This document shows, one piece after another, positions 19,910 through 30,286 of a stretch of 64,000 bases of DNA. The notes under the pieces were generated by a model. The model was not told the DNA's origin. It made no database searches and saw only the letters and a list, made by a program, of their open reading frames with translations. Each line of letters begins with the position of its first letter. Position 1 is the stretch's first letter. The DNA is from Acidobacteriota bacterium (GTDB lineage: Bacteria; Acidobacteriota; UBA6911): assembly GCA_963664705.1 (NCBI GenBank), contig OY761556.1:1664001-1728000 (forward strand). The letters run 5' to 3'. The translations under genes were made by a program, and so were the position numbers.

Positions 19910-21613
19910 ATGCGTAAATGGACTATTGCGCTTTTCATAGGGAGCCTTATTGTCCTGGCAAGTTTCAATCCTTGCCTGGCTCAATCGGGCAGGAAGGTTG
20001 CGGAGCCTCGGTTCAGGGTGCTCAACCCATGGGCGGAGGTGGACCCGATCGCACAGCGTGGAATCTCTCCAAGGCTGGATACGCTGGCGGGTAAGAAGAT
20101 AGGGCTCTTTTCCAACTTCAAGCGGGCGGCCCGACCCATTGTCGTGGAAGTTGAAAAGAGATTGAAGGCAATGTACCCGGACAGCGAAATCAGTTTCTTT
20201 GAGTCCCGTGGCGCCAATGTTGTGGAAACCGAAACAAAGAACCGCGAGCAGTTCAGCGCATGGGCAAAGCGTGTTGATGCCGTTGTCCTGGCGGTTGGCG
20301 ATTGAGGGTCCTGCACAAAGTTCCTCGTATATAACGGAATTGCTATCGAGGACTTTGGCCGGCCGGTTGTGCTACTGGCCAACAGGGGTTTTGTTACGGA
20401 TGCTCATTCAGCGGCATCGAGCCGAGGAATGGGCGGAATCCGCGTTCTGGGTACATCCATCCCATGCGAAACAAATGTAAAATCCGAAATTGAAGCAGGT
20501 GTTGCCGCCGCCATGCCTCGCATCGTCGAAGGATTGACCAGCGCGCTGACATCCGAAGAGAAATTTCCCAAACAGCAGATTGCCGTATCCCCGCGCATTG
20601 CATTTGTCGGAAGCTACGCGGAAGTGAACCGTTTCTTCTATAAAAATGGCTGGACCGATGGCCTTGCTATTGCGCCGCCGACGGAAACGGCCGTTGCAGA
20701 GATGATGACGGGGACGGATTTGCCACCAGGCCACATCGTAGGGAAGCTGATACCAAGGTTAGGAAAGGTCACGATTGAAAAAATTGCTATCAATGCGGTA
20801 ATGGCCGGCGCGCTTCCCACGCATATGCCGGTACTGATAGCGGCGGTGCAGGCGATGATGGATCAGCGGTCAAGGTTTGATACATTCGAAGTAAGTACTG
20901 GATCCTGGGCACCGTTCTTTGTCATCAATGGACCGATTCGGAATGATATCCATGTCAACTGTAGTTCCGGTGCACTAAGCCCCGGCAACATCGCAAATGC
21001 ATCCATTGGACGCGCCTTGGGTCTGATCGCAAAGAATATCGGCGGCGCGCGAAAAGGCGTGGAAGACATGGGTGTTTTTGGAAACCCGGGAAAATACAGT
21101 CTGGTTCTTGGAGAGTACGAGGAGGAAAGTCCGTGGGATCCGCTCCATGTCGATGGTGGTTTTAAAAAGGAAGATAGCACGTTGACATTTTTCCTGCCCA
21201 ATACGTATATCCAGACCATCCCGCGCGATACCAATGCCAAGGGTTTCGTCGAGACATATGCAAGTCTGAATCCTGGCAGCATGTCCTGCCTGCTGATCGT
21301 TCCATCTCATGCCAAAGTGCTGGCAAGCGAAGGTTGGACAAAAAAGAAAATCAAAGAATATATCCTGGAAAATTCGGCGCCGCCCTTTCCGACGGTTCAG
21401 GGCGGGCAGGGAACTCCAATCCAGCCGACCAAACTCAGCGCGGATGATCTTATGATTGTGGTGGCCGGCGGACCCGGCGCCTGGATCGGATTGTTGCGTA
21501 GTGCCGGTGGCTGGGAAAATAGTTTTGTCACAAAGAAGATACAGCTTCCGCGTGACTGGGACAAATTGGTATCCAAGTACAAAAATATTGTTCCTAACTA
21601 CGTAGGTTACTGA
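19910..21613 (+). CDS. Putative selenoprotein, UGSC family (thioredoxin-like UxxC) fused to its usual partner domain; signal peptide; Sec at TGA 20303-20305
   Basis: ORFs 19910-20305 and 20369-21613 are in frame with no stop except GAT-TGA-GGG-TCC-TGC (D-U-G-S-C); readthrough gives 567 aa; hairpin follows the TGA. Confidence 0.85.
20316..20357 (+). promoter_or_regulatory. Candidate bacterial SECIS element
   Basis: caaag-t-tcctcg...cgagga-ctttg stem starting 11 nt after the TGA; G-containing apical region (acgga) about 30 nt from the TGA. Confidence 0.65.
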
Positions 21614-21872
21614 CTATTTGCCTTTATTCCCTTTTGGGGGGCGAACCCAATTGCGGTGAAATTTGATTTTTTTCGGGGTCCGACCTCAGGGTTCTGTGAT
21701 AGCATCGGCGCAAGTACAAAGGCAAAAACATAAAACATCTTATCCGGGCGGCCGGGAATTGCTCGATAGGAGATGGCTTTAAAACCTGGCCATTATTCTT
21801 CCCGCCAGCCTAGATTGCGCTTTAACTGTATTAGATCGTTCGCGAACGTAAACAGAAGGAGGCGAGATCCAA

Positions 21873-22364
21873 ATGGCCGAAACCAAGTATGGGAAGTACA
21901 TTATCAAGGAACCTATGGAAAAGGGGCGGATGGCGCCATCGATCCATATATGTGCTGAGGATGGATGCCTTGGTGCACCTTTTTCCGGGTTTCCGGTTGA
22001 AGTTCAGTTGCTTACGATTACCGAACCGCTCTCATTTCCGCATCCCCCGCATATGCACGATGCCGATGAGCTCTTTTTCATCTTTGGGAGTAATCCCAAG
22101 AACTACTACGATTTCGATGCTGAGATCGAGATTTATTTCGGCGAGGAGAGAGAAAAGCATATCGTAAACTCCACCTCCATTGTCTACGTTCCCAAAGGCG
22201 TGTTGCACAGCCCGATTGCCATTACCAAGGTGAACAAGCCCTTCCAGTGGATGCATGTTCTCTTTACCCCCAAATATGACATGGCAAAGGGTGATGTAAC
22301 GCAGCATCCCTCTCATCCTCGTGAGAAATATACGATTGAGGAAATTAAGAATCTAAAGGGTTGA
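21873..22364 (+). CDS. Cupin-fold protein
   Basis: Cupin metal motifs PHMHDADELF and VYVPKGVLHSP; AAGGAGG RBS. Confidence 0.75.
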   Translation: MAETKYGKYIIKEPMEKGRMAPSIHICAEDGCLGAPFSGFPVEVQLLTITEPLSFPHPPHMHDADELFFIFGSNPKNYYDFDAEIEIYFGEEREKHIVNSTSIVYVPKGVLHSPIAITKVNKPFQWMHVLFTPKYDMAKGDVTQHPSHPREKYTIEEIKNLKG

Positions 22365-22402
22365 TGGACTTCGGAACCGGAGAAGACTGAACCCAGATCT
22401 CA

Positions 22403-22446
22403 CGCGCGAGGGCTCAAATCCAGACTCGATTTTTGGGCCTTCGCGT
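22403..22446 (+). terminator. Possible terminator hairpin
   Basis: cgcgagggctcaaa...tttgggccttcgcg after the cupin stop. Confidence 0.4.
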
Positions 22447-22543
22447 TGATTTGCCCGCCCTGTTTTATCTTGACAAAGACCCGCCCGGATAGCGTTATAT
22501 CTGACGCAAGAAGCAAACAACCAATCAATTGGGAGTCATTGGA

Positions 22544-23518
22544 ATGAAAGTCAAAATTTTACTTATGCTTACTGCGGTCATCGGAATGATCGCCTTATCT
22601 GGAACGGCTGCCCCGGCCCAATGCGATCGTCAATGTTTGGAAAAGATGATGAAAGATTACGTTGCGGCCATGGTGAAGCACGATCCTTCATCGCTTCCAT
22701 TTGCAGGCAATGTAAGGTTTACCGAGAATTCAGAAAAGACCATCGACGTACTGCCTATCGGGAAAGGGCTCTGGCAAACCGCTTCGTCAGGTCCGGACAG
22801 TTTTCAGATTTATGCCGCCGATCCGGTGGAACATGCAGCCGCCTGTCTTGCCATGATGAAAGAAAACGGCAAGGATATTTATTTCGGAGCCCGGATCAAA
22901 CTGAGTGAGGACGGCAAAATCACGGAAGTGGAACACATTGTTGTCCGGAATCAGCAATCGATGCCCACGCTTGTGAAGCCGCGCCCTGGCCTTTTGGAAG
23001 ATGTCTCCCCGGCCGAGCGGATGAAGCATTGGGATCTCGTTGGGATCGGGCTTTCCTATTATGATGCGCTGACCGGGGAAGACGGCACGCTGGCTCCATT
23101 CGCAAAAGGCTGTGAACGGCATGAAAACGGAATGATCACCGCTGGTGGCGCACCCGCTCCGAAAGATCAGACAATCCCTGGAGTCAAGCTCGATCCCGCA
23201 ATGGCGAAGATGCCGAGAGACTGCACGGGACAACTCAGCACCGGAACGTTCGCGTACATTACGGAAGTCAAGCCTCGACGCCTTGTCCTGGCCGATGTAC
23301 AGAAGGGAATCGCGGTCGGCTTTTCAATGTTCTATCACACCGGGGAATTGAAAACGATGAAGATCAAGGGAGTCCCCGGAGTTACCGAAATTCCGTCTTT
23401 TGATCAGCGATTTAATCTGCCCGCCATCCATTTCTTTAAGATCAGAAAGGGTCAGATTTATGAGATCGAGGCAGTTGGAACCATGATGCCTTATGGTATT
23501 TCGTCCAATTGGGAATAG
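22544..23518 (+). CDS. Exported conserved hypothetical protein (tandem NTF2-like domains likely)
   Basis: Signal peptide; CDRQCL..MKDYVAAMVKHDPSSLP...RFTEN; second half C.RHENG...HFFKIRKGQIYEIEAV. Confidence 0.7.
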   Translation: MKVKILLMLTAVIGMIALSGTAAPAQCDRQCLEKMMKDYVAAMVKHDPSSLPFAGNVRFTENSEKTIDVLPIGKGLWQTASSGPDSFQIYAADPVEHAAACLAMMKENGKDIYFGARIKLSEDGKITEVEHIVVRNQQSMPTLVKPRPGLLEDVSPAERMKHWDLVGIGLSYYDALTGEDGTLAPFAKGCERHENGMITAGGAPAPKDQTIPGVKLDPAMAKMPRDCTGQLSTGTFAYITEVKPRRLVLADVQKGIAVGFSMFYHTGELKTMKIKGVPGVTEIPSFDQRFNLPAIHFFKIRKGQIYEIEAVGTMMPYGISSNWE

Positions 23519-23544
23519 AACGGTTTTGAGCGTCTGGATTTCAA

Positions 23545-23579
23545 AACGCCACGGATTGGGATTCCCGGTCCGTGGCGTT
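23545..23579. terminator. Bidirectional terminator hairpin
   Basis: aacgccacggattggga / cccggtccgtggcgtt between convergent genes. Confidence 0.65.
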
Positions 23580-23593
23580 GCTGTTTTCGAAGC

Positions 23594-26500
23594 CTACGGA
23601 GTTTTTATGGAATACAGGCTGGAGGCGGTTAGAATGAAAAGAGTCTTCCGATCGCGCCCTCCAAATATGATCTGCAGCGGGCGTTCCGGTATGCGAACAG
23701 TTCCGATCAGTTTTCCCGCAGGATCGTATACAAATAGTTGGCCTGCTGCCAGCCAGACATTGCCATGTATGTCCTGGGAAAGGCTTTCTCCGCCCTGTTC
23801 TGCGAAAATCTCCAGACTGGAAAGTGTTCCATCAGGATTGACGGTGCCACGATAGGTTCTTTGTTCGGATTCATTCATTACGTAAAAGGGGCGCCCTGGA
23901 ACCGCCTCTACAAACCCAAACGTCTGAAGCGAGTGTTCCCATTTGTAGCCGAGATAAGACGGTCCCTGCACAAACACGTCGTCAACCGGAATGAAGGTTT
24001 TTCGGTCGGGCGAAACGTATTGGAAAGGAGTCCGTGTCGTCACCAATTTTCGGAACATGTCTTCAAGCGAGAGATACAGATAAGTGTTCGTGTCGAGCGT
24101 ATTGGTAAAATCCCCATTGACCCAAAAACTGGCAGGCAGAAGCGCGGTCATGCCCGGTCGTTCTGTTGCCGGTTCTCGTGTCAAAGGCGTGATCGCTTCC
24201 TCAGGGCCGTCCGGATGGAATGAGTAGACGGCCATGCCGGGCCCGCCGGACGACACAACCATCAGGTTGCCGCTCTTGTCGAAGGCCAGGTTTACGGGGC
24301 TTAGAGGATTATCCCGGACGACCGACAGTTGCCTGGTTTCGGGCGTCCAGCGATAAATTCGATGCCACCGGGTATCCACAAAATAGAGGCGTCCAACGGC
24401 ATCCACTGCTGCACCGGAAATGTTGAAGAAGCCGGAGGCCAGTTTCTCAGCCGCGACGCCGGCAAGCCCTTTCACGGCCGGCCACGTCAAGGTCGTTTTG
24501 CTCTCATTGCCGTTTACATCCAGGAATGCAAACTCCCGATCCCTGACCTCGAGGTTCCGCACAGGATCAAAGATGCAGGTGCTATAGGAAAATTTGCTGG
24601 ACCGGACATACTGCCTGCATTCGCCTGTTTCCGGACAGTAGGCCATGGAGCTGTTGCTGTCGACGTGGATATTGCGGAACCGGATATTGCTTGAGCCCTC
24701 AATAAGGATGGAGTAGGGAAAAGGGCGCAGACTTCTGACAACGCGGTAGCCATGGAAATTTGCAATCGTGATGTTTTTTGATGCCCTGATTTCGAGCGAT
24801 GAGGCCGCCTCGCTTTCCCACCGCTCTCCTTCCGTCTGCAGCGCATAAATTTCCCAATTTTCCACATGATCCAGTTTTGCCTCAGTCCTCACGTGATGCT
24901 CGCTCGAGATTTGATAAATTCGTCCCGGCGTGGATGTGTCAGAAATATAGAGGCCCGTGTGGGCAAAGGTGCTTGGTGTCCAGAGGTTGGCAAAGGTTCC
25001 GCCACCGCCGTGGGTAATCCAGAGACTCGGATATTGACTGTCCCACATGCGCCGCGGATCCGGATCTCCGGTCAGGTTGGTATTATAGGGGTTCTCGCGT
25101 TTGCCATTGGGGCCGTTTGTTCCGTGCCCTCCGAGGAACCGTACGTCGTCCATGGCCGACTCTTTCCCGGCCATCCACATGGCTCCAACCGCGCGGCTGT
25201 TGATGCCTCCGGTATAAAGCCCAATGCCTGTGACGATGTTCTTGCCATCGCGAGGTGCCAGCAATAGCGGTTTCGGCGATCCGACTCCCTGGAACCCCGG
25301 CGTAGAATCCAGCAAATCAATCTGCGTTTGATCCGGATGCAGGCCAATGAGGACGGTATCGGGCTTCAGTTCAATCGTGTCTTTGACCACATAATTTCCC
25401 ATTGGGAAGTAGAGGATCCGGTGCTCAGAGATGGCTTTTTTCAGTGCCGCGGTATCGTCGGACACGCCGTCCCCCTGCAGTCCCAGGGATCGCACATTGG
25501 TCCACAATTCACAGGGCGGCAGCCTGGGCATTCGGCCGAGAGAATCGGGCGGCAATAGTTTCGTCTGTGGCTGTGCACTGTAAACCGTTTCGATCTTTCC
25601 CATGGCGCCCATTTTCGAGAGCCTGAGACCATGCGACAGCATTTGAACGGAGTAGGAAGCGGCCGGGCCGTTCATCTGCCGGCCGCTCTCACGAAATCGT
25701 GCAAATACCGGGACAGCCCGACAATCGGCGTCTTCGATATTAATCTGTGTCAGGCGACTGTTTTCATTACTGATAACAATGGCTGCGCCGCTGAGGCTTT
25801 CAAAGCGGGAATCCTTTACCCACAACTGGTCGGAGTAATTGCGATCGATCACGATGGCATCGGGAAGATTTCGGAATTCACAATGGAGGACGGTGAGTTG
25901 AGCCTCGTTTTCGCGAATTGCTGCTTCCCTCTGCCCGTCAAATGTCGAGTCGATGAGGACGTAGGGCCATGCAGGCGAAGGTTTACGGGTCAATATTCCA
26001 TAGCGTCCGCCATGGAAGTGCAGGTCCTGCCCGAAATTTCCAATGTCATTGAGGGCTGCAAGGCCGGAGCCAATGTGAAAATCCATGTGGGCGAGATAGC
26101 CGTGCTGTGCAACATGGAAGCGCACGGCGACGGCGGCTGCATTGCCTTCCCCGATCTCGAAATCGATGTTGCTCATCGCAGAATAAAAGGTGCCCGAGTT
26201 CGCATCCGAGACGTTCGGTTTTGGCGGGTAGATACCGGGTGGAGGCGGCGGCAGGCGAAAGCTGCCTCCCTCACGCGTGCGTGCGCCCGCGAAAAAAAAC
26301 ATCGTTGCCATTCCCTGCTGAAACCCTGGTGTATGGCTCTGGAGAAGGAAAATGGGTCGTTTATTGCCGTAGCCGATTACCCGGATCCCAGGCCAGACAA
26401 AGATGGTTCGGGTAATCCGGTATTGCCCTTGCGGGACAAAGAGAATCCCCTCACCCATTGTTTCCTGTACGCGGTCTATTGCGTCCTGAATCCCCTGGCT

Positions 26501-26671
26501 GTCATCGTTTTGGCCATCGCCACGAACGGAAAAGCGCTCAGAAGTGAGGTATATAGCTTTGGGGTCGTCCAGGCGCATCGGATAAAAAGATCCGCCGCTC
26601 AGCGGGAGTGCAAGAGCAGTCAGAAAAGTGCCAAGGGTTGCGAGTTTCGATAGTATTTGCAATGTCATCAT
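23594..26671 (-). CDS. Exported tandem pectate-lyase-3 (GH28/GH55-like) beta-helix protein with C-terminal SMP-30/gluconolactonase propeller
   Basis: Two GDG..DD(S/T) motifs each followed by LF/YF.P.G.Y; C-terminal propeller repeats (GRLYFVD, LAFDKSGNL, YDPAGKLIG..RIPERP..IFGG). Confidence 0.75.
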   Translation of the reverse strand: MMTLQILSKLATLGTFLTALALPLSGGSFYPMRLDDPKAIYLTSERFSVRGDGQNDDSQGIQDAIDRVQETMGEGILFVPQGQYRITRTIFVWPGIRVIGYGNKRPIFLLQSHTPGFQQGMATMFFFAGARTREGGSFRLPPPPPGIYPPKPNVSDANSGTFYSAMSNIDFEIGEGNAAAVAVRFHVAQHGYLAHMDFHIGSGLAALNDIGNFGQDLHFHGGRYGILTRKPSPAWPYVLIDSTFDGQREAAIRENEAQLTVLHCEFRNLPDAIVIDRNYSDQLWVKDSRFESLSGAAIVISNENSRLTQINIEDADCRAVPVFARFRESGRQMNGPAASYSVQMLSHGLRLSKMGAMGKIETVYSAQPQTKLLPPDSLGRMPRLPPCELWTNVRSLGLQGDGVSDDTAALKKAISEHRILYFPMGNYVVKDTIELKPDTVLIGLHPDQTQIDLLDSTPGFQGVGSPKPLLLAPRDGKNIVTGIGLYTGGINSRAVGAMWMAGKESAMDDVRFLGGHGTNGPNGKRENPYNTNLTGDPDPRRMWDSQYPSLWITHGGGGTFANLWTPSTFAHTGLYISDTSTPGRIYQISSEHHVRTEAKLDHVENWEIYALQTEGERWESEAASSLEIRASKNITIANFHGYRVVRSLRPFPYSILIEGSSNIRFRNIHVDSNSSMAYCPETGECRQYVRSSKFSYSTCIFDPVRNLEVRDREFAFLDVNGNESKTTLTWPAVKGLAGVAAEKLASGFFNISGAAVDAVGRLYFVDTRWHRIYRWTPETRQLSVVRDNPLSPVNLAFDKSGNLMVVSSGGPGMAVYSFHPDGPEEAITPLTREPATERPGMTALLPASFWVNGDFTNTLDTNTYLYLSLEDMFRKLVTTRTPFQYVSPDRKTFIPVDDVFVQGPSYLGYKWEHSLQTFGFVEAVPGRPFYVMNESEQRTYRGTVNPDGTLSSLEIFAEQGGESLSQDIHGNVWLAAGQLFVYDPAGKLIGTVRIPERPLQIIFGGRDRKTLFILTASSLYSIKTP

Positions 26672-26961
26672 TCACTCGGTCAAAAGTATTTCAGATTTGC
26701 CATGCTCTGACGATTCAGGGCCAGCTCCAGCGTACCTCATCCGGCTTTTTTCCGAAACTGGGATCACCCTAACCTGCGTTCTTTAATGGCAAGGGCCTGC
26801 CGCAGACATCAGGAAAAGTTGTTGCGCTTGACCGGATGGGTTATCCTTCTGCGTACGATTTTAAGTTTGTCGTACGATGGAAGCAAATACTGCTCTTTGG
26901 GGCTCGCTCCGAAATGAACACTCCTTTTGGCGAACCCGAGGCAAAACCGAAGGAGATCATT

Positions 26962-27456
26962 TTGGAAAAAGTAGAGAACGGGCATTACGTATCTGTGGAA
27001 TACACCGGCAAATTGGGAAATGGCGAGGTGTTTGATTCGAGCGAAGGCCGTATGCCGCTGGAAGTGCATATCGGAGCCGGTGAGATGATTAAGGGATTCG
27101 AGGCCCAGCTTCTGGGAATGGCAATTAATGAGAAAAAGGTGTTTACCATTGCACCAGAGGATGCCTACGGCGAAAAGAAACCAAACTTAACGCAGCATGT
27201 GCCCAGAGCTTCGGTTCCGCCAAGTCTGGATCCACAGCTCGGTATGGTCATTGGGCTCATGACTCCGCAGGGCGACCGCATTCCCGCAAAGATCGTTAAT
27301 ATGGATAACGAACAGATAACCCTGGATTTGAATCATCCCTTGGCGGGAGAGTCGCTGACGTTTGAAATCGAAGTAGTGGGAATTAGCGACGCGCCCACTC
27401 AGGAGTGCTCGGATTGTTCCTCCTGTGGATGCTCCGGCAGCTGCGGAGAGGAATAA
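26962..27456 (+). CDS. slyD: FKBP-type peptidyl-prolyl isomerase, SlyD-like, with Cys-rich tail
   Basis: VEYTGKL.NGEVFDSS, PEDAYG, LDLNHPLAGESLTFEIEVV; tail CSDCSSCGCSGSC; TTG start after AAGGAG. Confidence 0.85.
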   Translation: MEKVENGHYVSVEYTGKLGNGEVFDSSEGRMPLEVHIGAGEMIKGFEAQLLGMAINEKKVFTIAPEDAYGEKKPNLTQHVPRASVPPSLDPQLGMVIGLMTPQGDRIPAKIVNMDNEQITLDLNHPLAGESLTFEIEVVGISDAPTQECSDCSSCGCSGSCGEE

Positions 27457-27663
27457 AATCGGGGCAGTTCCTCCGGTTCACAGATCCGTCCATCCCCATT
27501 CAAAATAGTGAAAATCGGGATTCAATCCCGATTTTCACTATTCTTGCCGGCCGCAGATTTTATCGACAATGACCGCATGTCAGGTCTTTCCGCCATGGGG
27601 CTTTTATCGTCGAGAGTCCTTGCTGCCCGGGCCAGCGAGCCGTTGACCAAGAAAGAATGGCGG

Positions 27664-28155
27664 CTAAAACATGCCGTTGGTATTGGCGCCCTTCTCCGGA
27701 ATGTCCTGAATTGCATCCCAGTGCTCCACAACCTTGCCGCTCTCATCAAACCGGAAACAATCAAAGATAGCGCGCCCGCGCGTGTTTGGAATGCGTACGG
27801 AATGCACATGAATAATCACATAGTTCCCGTCGGCAAAAACGCGCTTTACTTCGCTGTGCGCCTGGGGGAAGTCCTTTTTCAACATGGCAAGAAACGCCTT
27901 GAAGCCCTCTTTGCCATCGCCTACCAGCGGATTATGTTGTTTATAGCCGGCGCCGAGGTACTTGGATGCGGCTTCGTAATCCTTTTTGTTGATGGCGAAA
28001 TCATAGAATTCCAGAGCGGCTTTTTTGTTGCGTTCCATGACATCTCTTGAAGCAGGAGCAGGCGTGAAAGGTGTGTTGGTAGCCTGAGGGACTGCCTGCA
28101 GAATTCCCAGAATAGCCGGAATTAACAGGATCGAAATCAAAGCATATTTCCACAT
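27664..28155 (-). CDS. SnoaL-like / NTF2-family exported protein
   Basis: YKQHNP.V.DGKEGF...KRVFADGNYVIIH...FDCFRFDE.GKVVEHWD; signal peptide. Confidence 0.85.
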   Translation of the reverse strand: MWKYALISILLIPAILGILQAVPQATNTPFTPAPASRDVMERNKKAALEFYDFAINKKDYEAASKYLGAGYKQHNPLVGDGKEGFKAFLAMLKKDFPQAHSEVKRVFADGNYVIIHVHSVRIPNTRGRAIFDCFRFDESGKVVEHWDAIQDIPEKGANTNGMF

Positions 28156-28265
28156 ATTCGACCTCTCGATATTGGGTTGATGAGGAAATCGGCCGGAATA
28201 AAATCCTGGCCGGGCAGATCCGCGGGGCTGTACGGAGCGCCGCGGGGTAGATCTACAACTGGAGC

Positions 28266-28907
28266 CTAGGCCGACTCTGCGGCCTTTTGCACCATCTGAG
28301 TTGTCTGAATGAGACGCTTCAGAGTTTTTTTGAGGCTGCGCATGCCTTCCGTATCTTCGATAATTCCCTCGGCCCCTTTGTCCTTTGACCAGAAAGTCGC
28401 GCCCAGGTTGGCGCCGAATGGGCCGCCGCCTACAGGAATCATCTCGTTAATGACATAGAAGTTTTGGATAGTCTGAATCGCCAGTTCCTGCCCGCCAATT
28501 CTGTCTCCGCCATCCGCAATGCCCATCCCGACTTTGTTTCGAAGCTGCCTGGCGCCCTTGGCCGCGATGGCCCGACAGCGATCCATGATCACCTTCGTCT
28601 GAGCGCTGATGGCTCCCTGGTAAACGGGAGTCCCGATAATCCAGGCATCAGCCCAGAGCATTCTCTCGTACAACTCCCCCGATATATCGTCTTTGTGGAC
28701 GCAGCCCTCCCTTGTCCTTATGCAGAAATCGCAGTGGATGCAAAAATTCAGAGTTTTGCCTTTTACGGAAAAGTAGTACGTGTCGGCGGAGCATTCCTCT
28801 TTGGCGATCCGAAGGGCTTCCTGGATGAGGAAATCTGTGGCCATCCTCCTCGGACTTCCGGATATCCCTAGAATTCGGATTGGCCTGGCTGTTGTTTCGG
28901 GAGTCAT
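28266..28907 (-). CDS. Iron-sulfur flavoprotein (Isf-type multimeric flavodoxin)
   Basis: ISGSPR; CIHCDFC.....GC cluster motif; GTPVYQG; GGDRIGGQE. Confidence 0.88.
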   Translation of the reverse strand: MTPETTARPIRILGISGSPRRMATDFLIQEALRIAKEECSADTYYFSVKGKTLNFCIHCDFCIRTREGCVHKDDISGELYERMLWADAWIIGTPVYQGAISAQTKVIMDRCRAIAAKGARQLRNKVGMGIADGGDRIGGQELAIQTIQNFYVINEMIPVGGGPFGANLGATFWSKDKGAEGIIEDTEGMRSLKKTLKRLIQTTQMVQKAAESA

Positions 28908-29177
28908 AGCTCAGTTTTGAATTCTATGAATCTCCCTCGTTAAAAGCAAGGGCAACAGATGCGTGGGCTGGCGATCAGGATCATGGAGTCATGGATTTAT
29001 TGCGCGTTCGGCATGGCAGATAAACGCAGGATTCACGGCAAGCACCCGTGCTCGAGAGGGCGTCGTCCGAGGCTTGTACCAGGGAAATAATAAAGGTACA
29101 ATCAATTTCAATAACCATATAAGTGTTGAAGGCTTTAGTTATGCCTGAACACAATCACAACTGTCTCGGGAGAAAAC

Positions 29178-30254
29178 ATGATTAAAAAGCTTGTCGTGTT
29201 GGCGGTGTTTTGCCTGGCTATTACCCCCACGAGCCTGGCGTTGGCAACTCAATCGGAGCAGTCTTCCTCATCGTCGATGCAATCGTCTTCTCCGCCGAAG
29301 ATCCTTTGGATCTATCGGGAGGAGGTAAAGCCCGGGAGGGGGGCGTTGCATGAAAAAGTGGAGGGTGGCTATGCGCGCCTTTGGGAGAGGGCAGGGCTGC
29401 AGCCATATTTGGGATTTGACGCCCTTTCAGGCGACAATGAGTCGGTATTCATCTCCGGGTATGACTCGTTCGGTTCGCTGGAGCAGGATCAGAAAGTATT
29501 CAACGAAATCTCAAACGGGCCGCTGAAAAACGAATATAAGGAATTGGCGGGGCAGGAATCGGGGTTGGTGGATCGGATGAGGTCCTCCATTGCCGTTCTG
29601 CAGCCTGAACTCAGTTATCTGAGCGAGCGCTTTCATGGGCAACTGGCCAAATCCCGCTACATTCAGGTGGAGACCTTTAAGGTGCGCCTTGGCAAGGATG
29701 GTGGCTTTGCAGACGCAGCCAAGCTGTATCAGGAAGCATATCGAAAACTGAATATTGAGGATCCCTGGCTTGTATACCGAGTGACTTCGGGCAATGACGC
29801 CGGTACCTATTTGGTATTTGCTGCGATGAATTCGATGGCTGACATGGATGCTTTAGCCGGCAGAGAAATGCAGATTCATGAAGCGATGGGCGAGAAGATG
29901 AAGGGCATGATGGAAAATGCCGGCGATGTGTTTACATCCATGCAGACAAATCTATACCGGATCAACCCGATAACCAGTCACCCGCCCAAGGAGTTTGCCG
30001 CGGCAGACCCTGCCTTCTGGAACCAGCCAAAATCATCGATTGGGGCTCTTGCGAGAACTGATTTTCCTACGGACAGAGAATCGATACGCCGTCTTCAGGA
30101 AACGCTCAATTCGCTCGGATATCCCTGCGGATCTGCCGATGGCGTGGCGGGCTTTCAAACGAAATCCGCCTTGCGGCGTTTCCAGAAAGCGAACGGTCTG
30201 ATGGTGACCGGCGACATGGATGCTGAAACGTCGCATAAGTTGGGTATTCAGTAG
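29178..30254 (+). CDS. Exported protein with C-terminal peptidoglycan-binding domain
   Basis: Signal peptide; IRRLQETLNSLGYP.GSADGVAG.QTKSALRRFQKANGL.VTGDMD.ET (PG_binding_1). Confidence 0.8.
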   Translation: MIKKLVVLAVFCLAITPTSLALATQSEQSSSSSMQSSSPPKILWIYREEVKPGRGALHEKVEGGYARLWERAGLQPYLGFDALSGDNESVFISGYDSFGSLEQDQKVFNEISNGPLKNEYKELAGQESGLVDRMRSSIAVLQPELSYLSERFHGQLAKSRYIQVETFKVRLGKDGGFADAAKLYQEAYRKLNIEDPWLVYRVTSGNDAGTYLVFAAMNSMADMDALAGREMQIHEAMGEKMKGMMENAGDVFTSMQTNLYRINPITSHPPKEFAAADPAFWNQPKSSIGALARTDFPTDRESIRRLQETLNSLGYPCGSADGVAGFQTKSALRRFQKANGLMVTGDMDAETSHKLGIQ

Positions 30255-30286
30255 TAATTCTCCCCCCTACGGCTCTTCGCTGATTG

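Noticed and set aside
19910-20305. Stand-alone 131-aa protein, or a nonsense-mutated pseudogene
   Set aside because: The TGA lies in UGSC context with an in-frame continuation and a SECIS-like hairpin; Sec readthrough is the better explanation
22470-22500. Sigma70 promoter (TTGACA)
   Set aside because: No good -10 hexamer at 16-18 nt spacing; cannot be supported
25631-26653. Long antisense ORFs (340 aa here; also 6150-6965, 34493-35272, 37516-38241, 39121-39873)
   Set aside because: They fully overlap well-supported genes on the opposite strand and lack motifs; typical shadow ORFs
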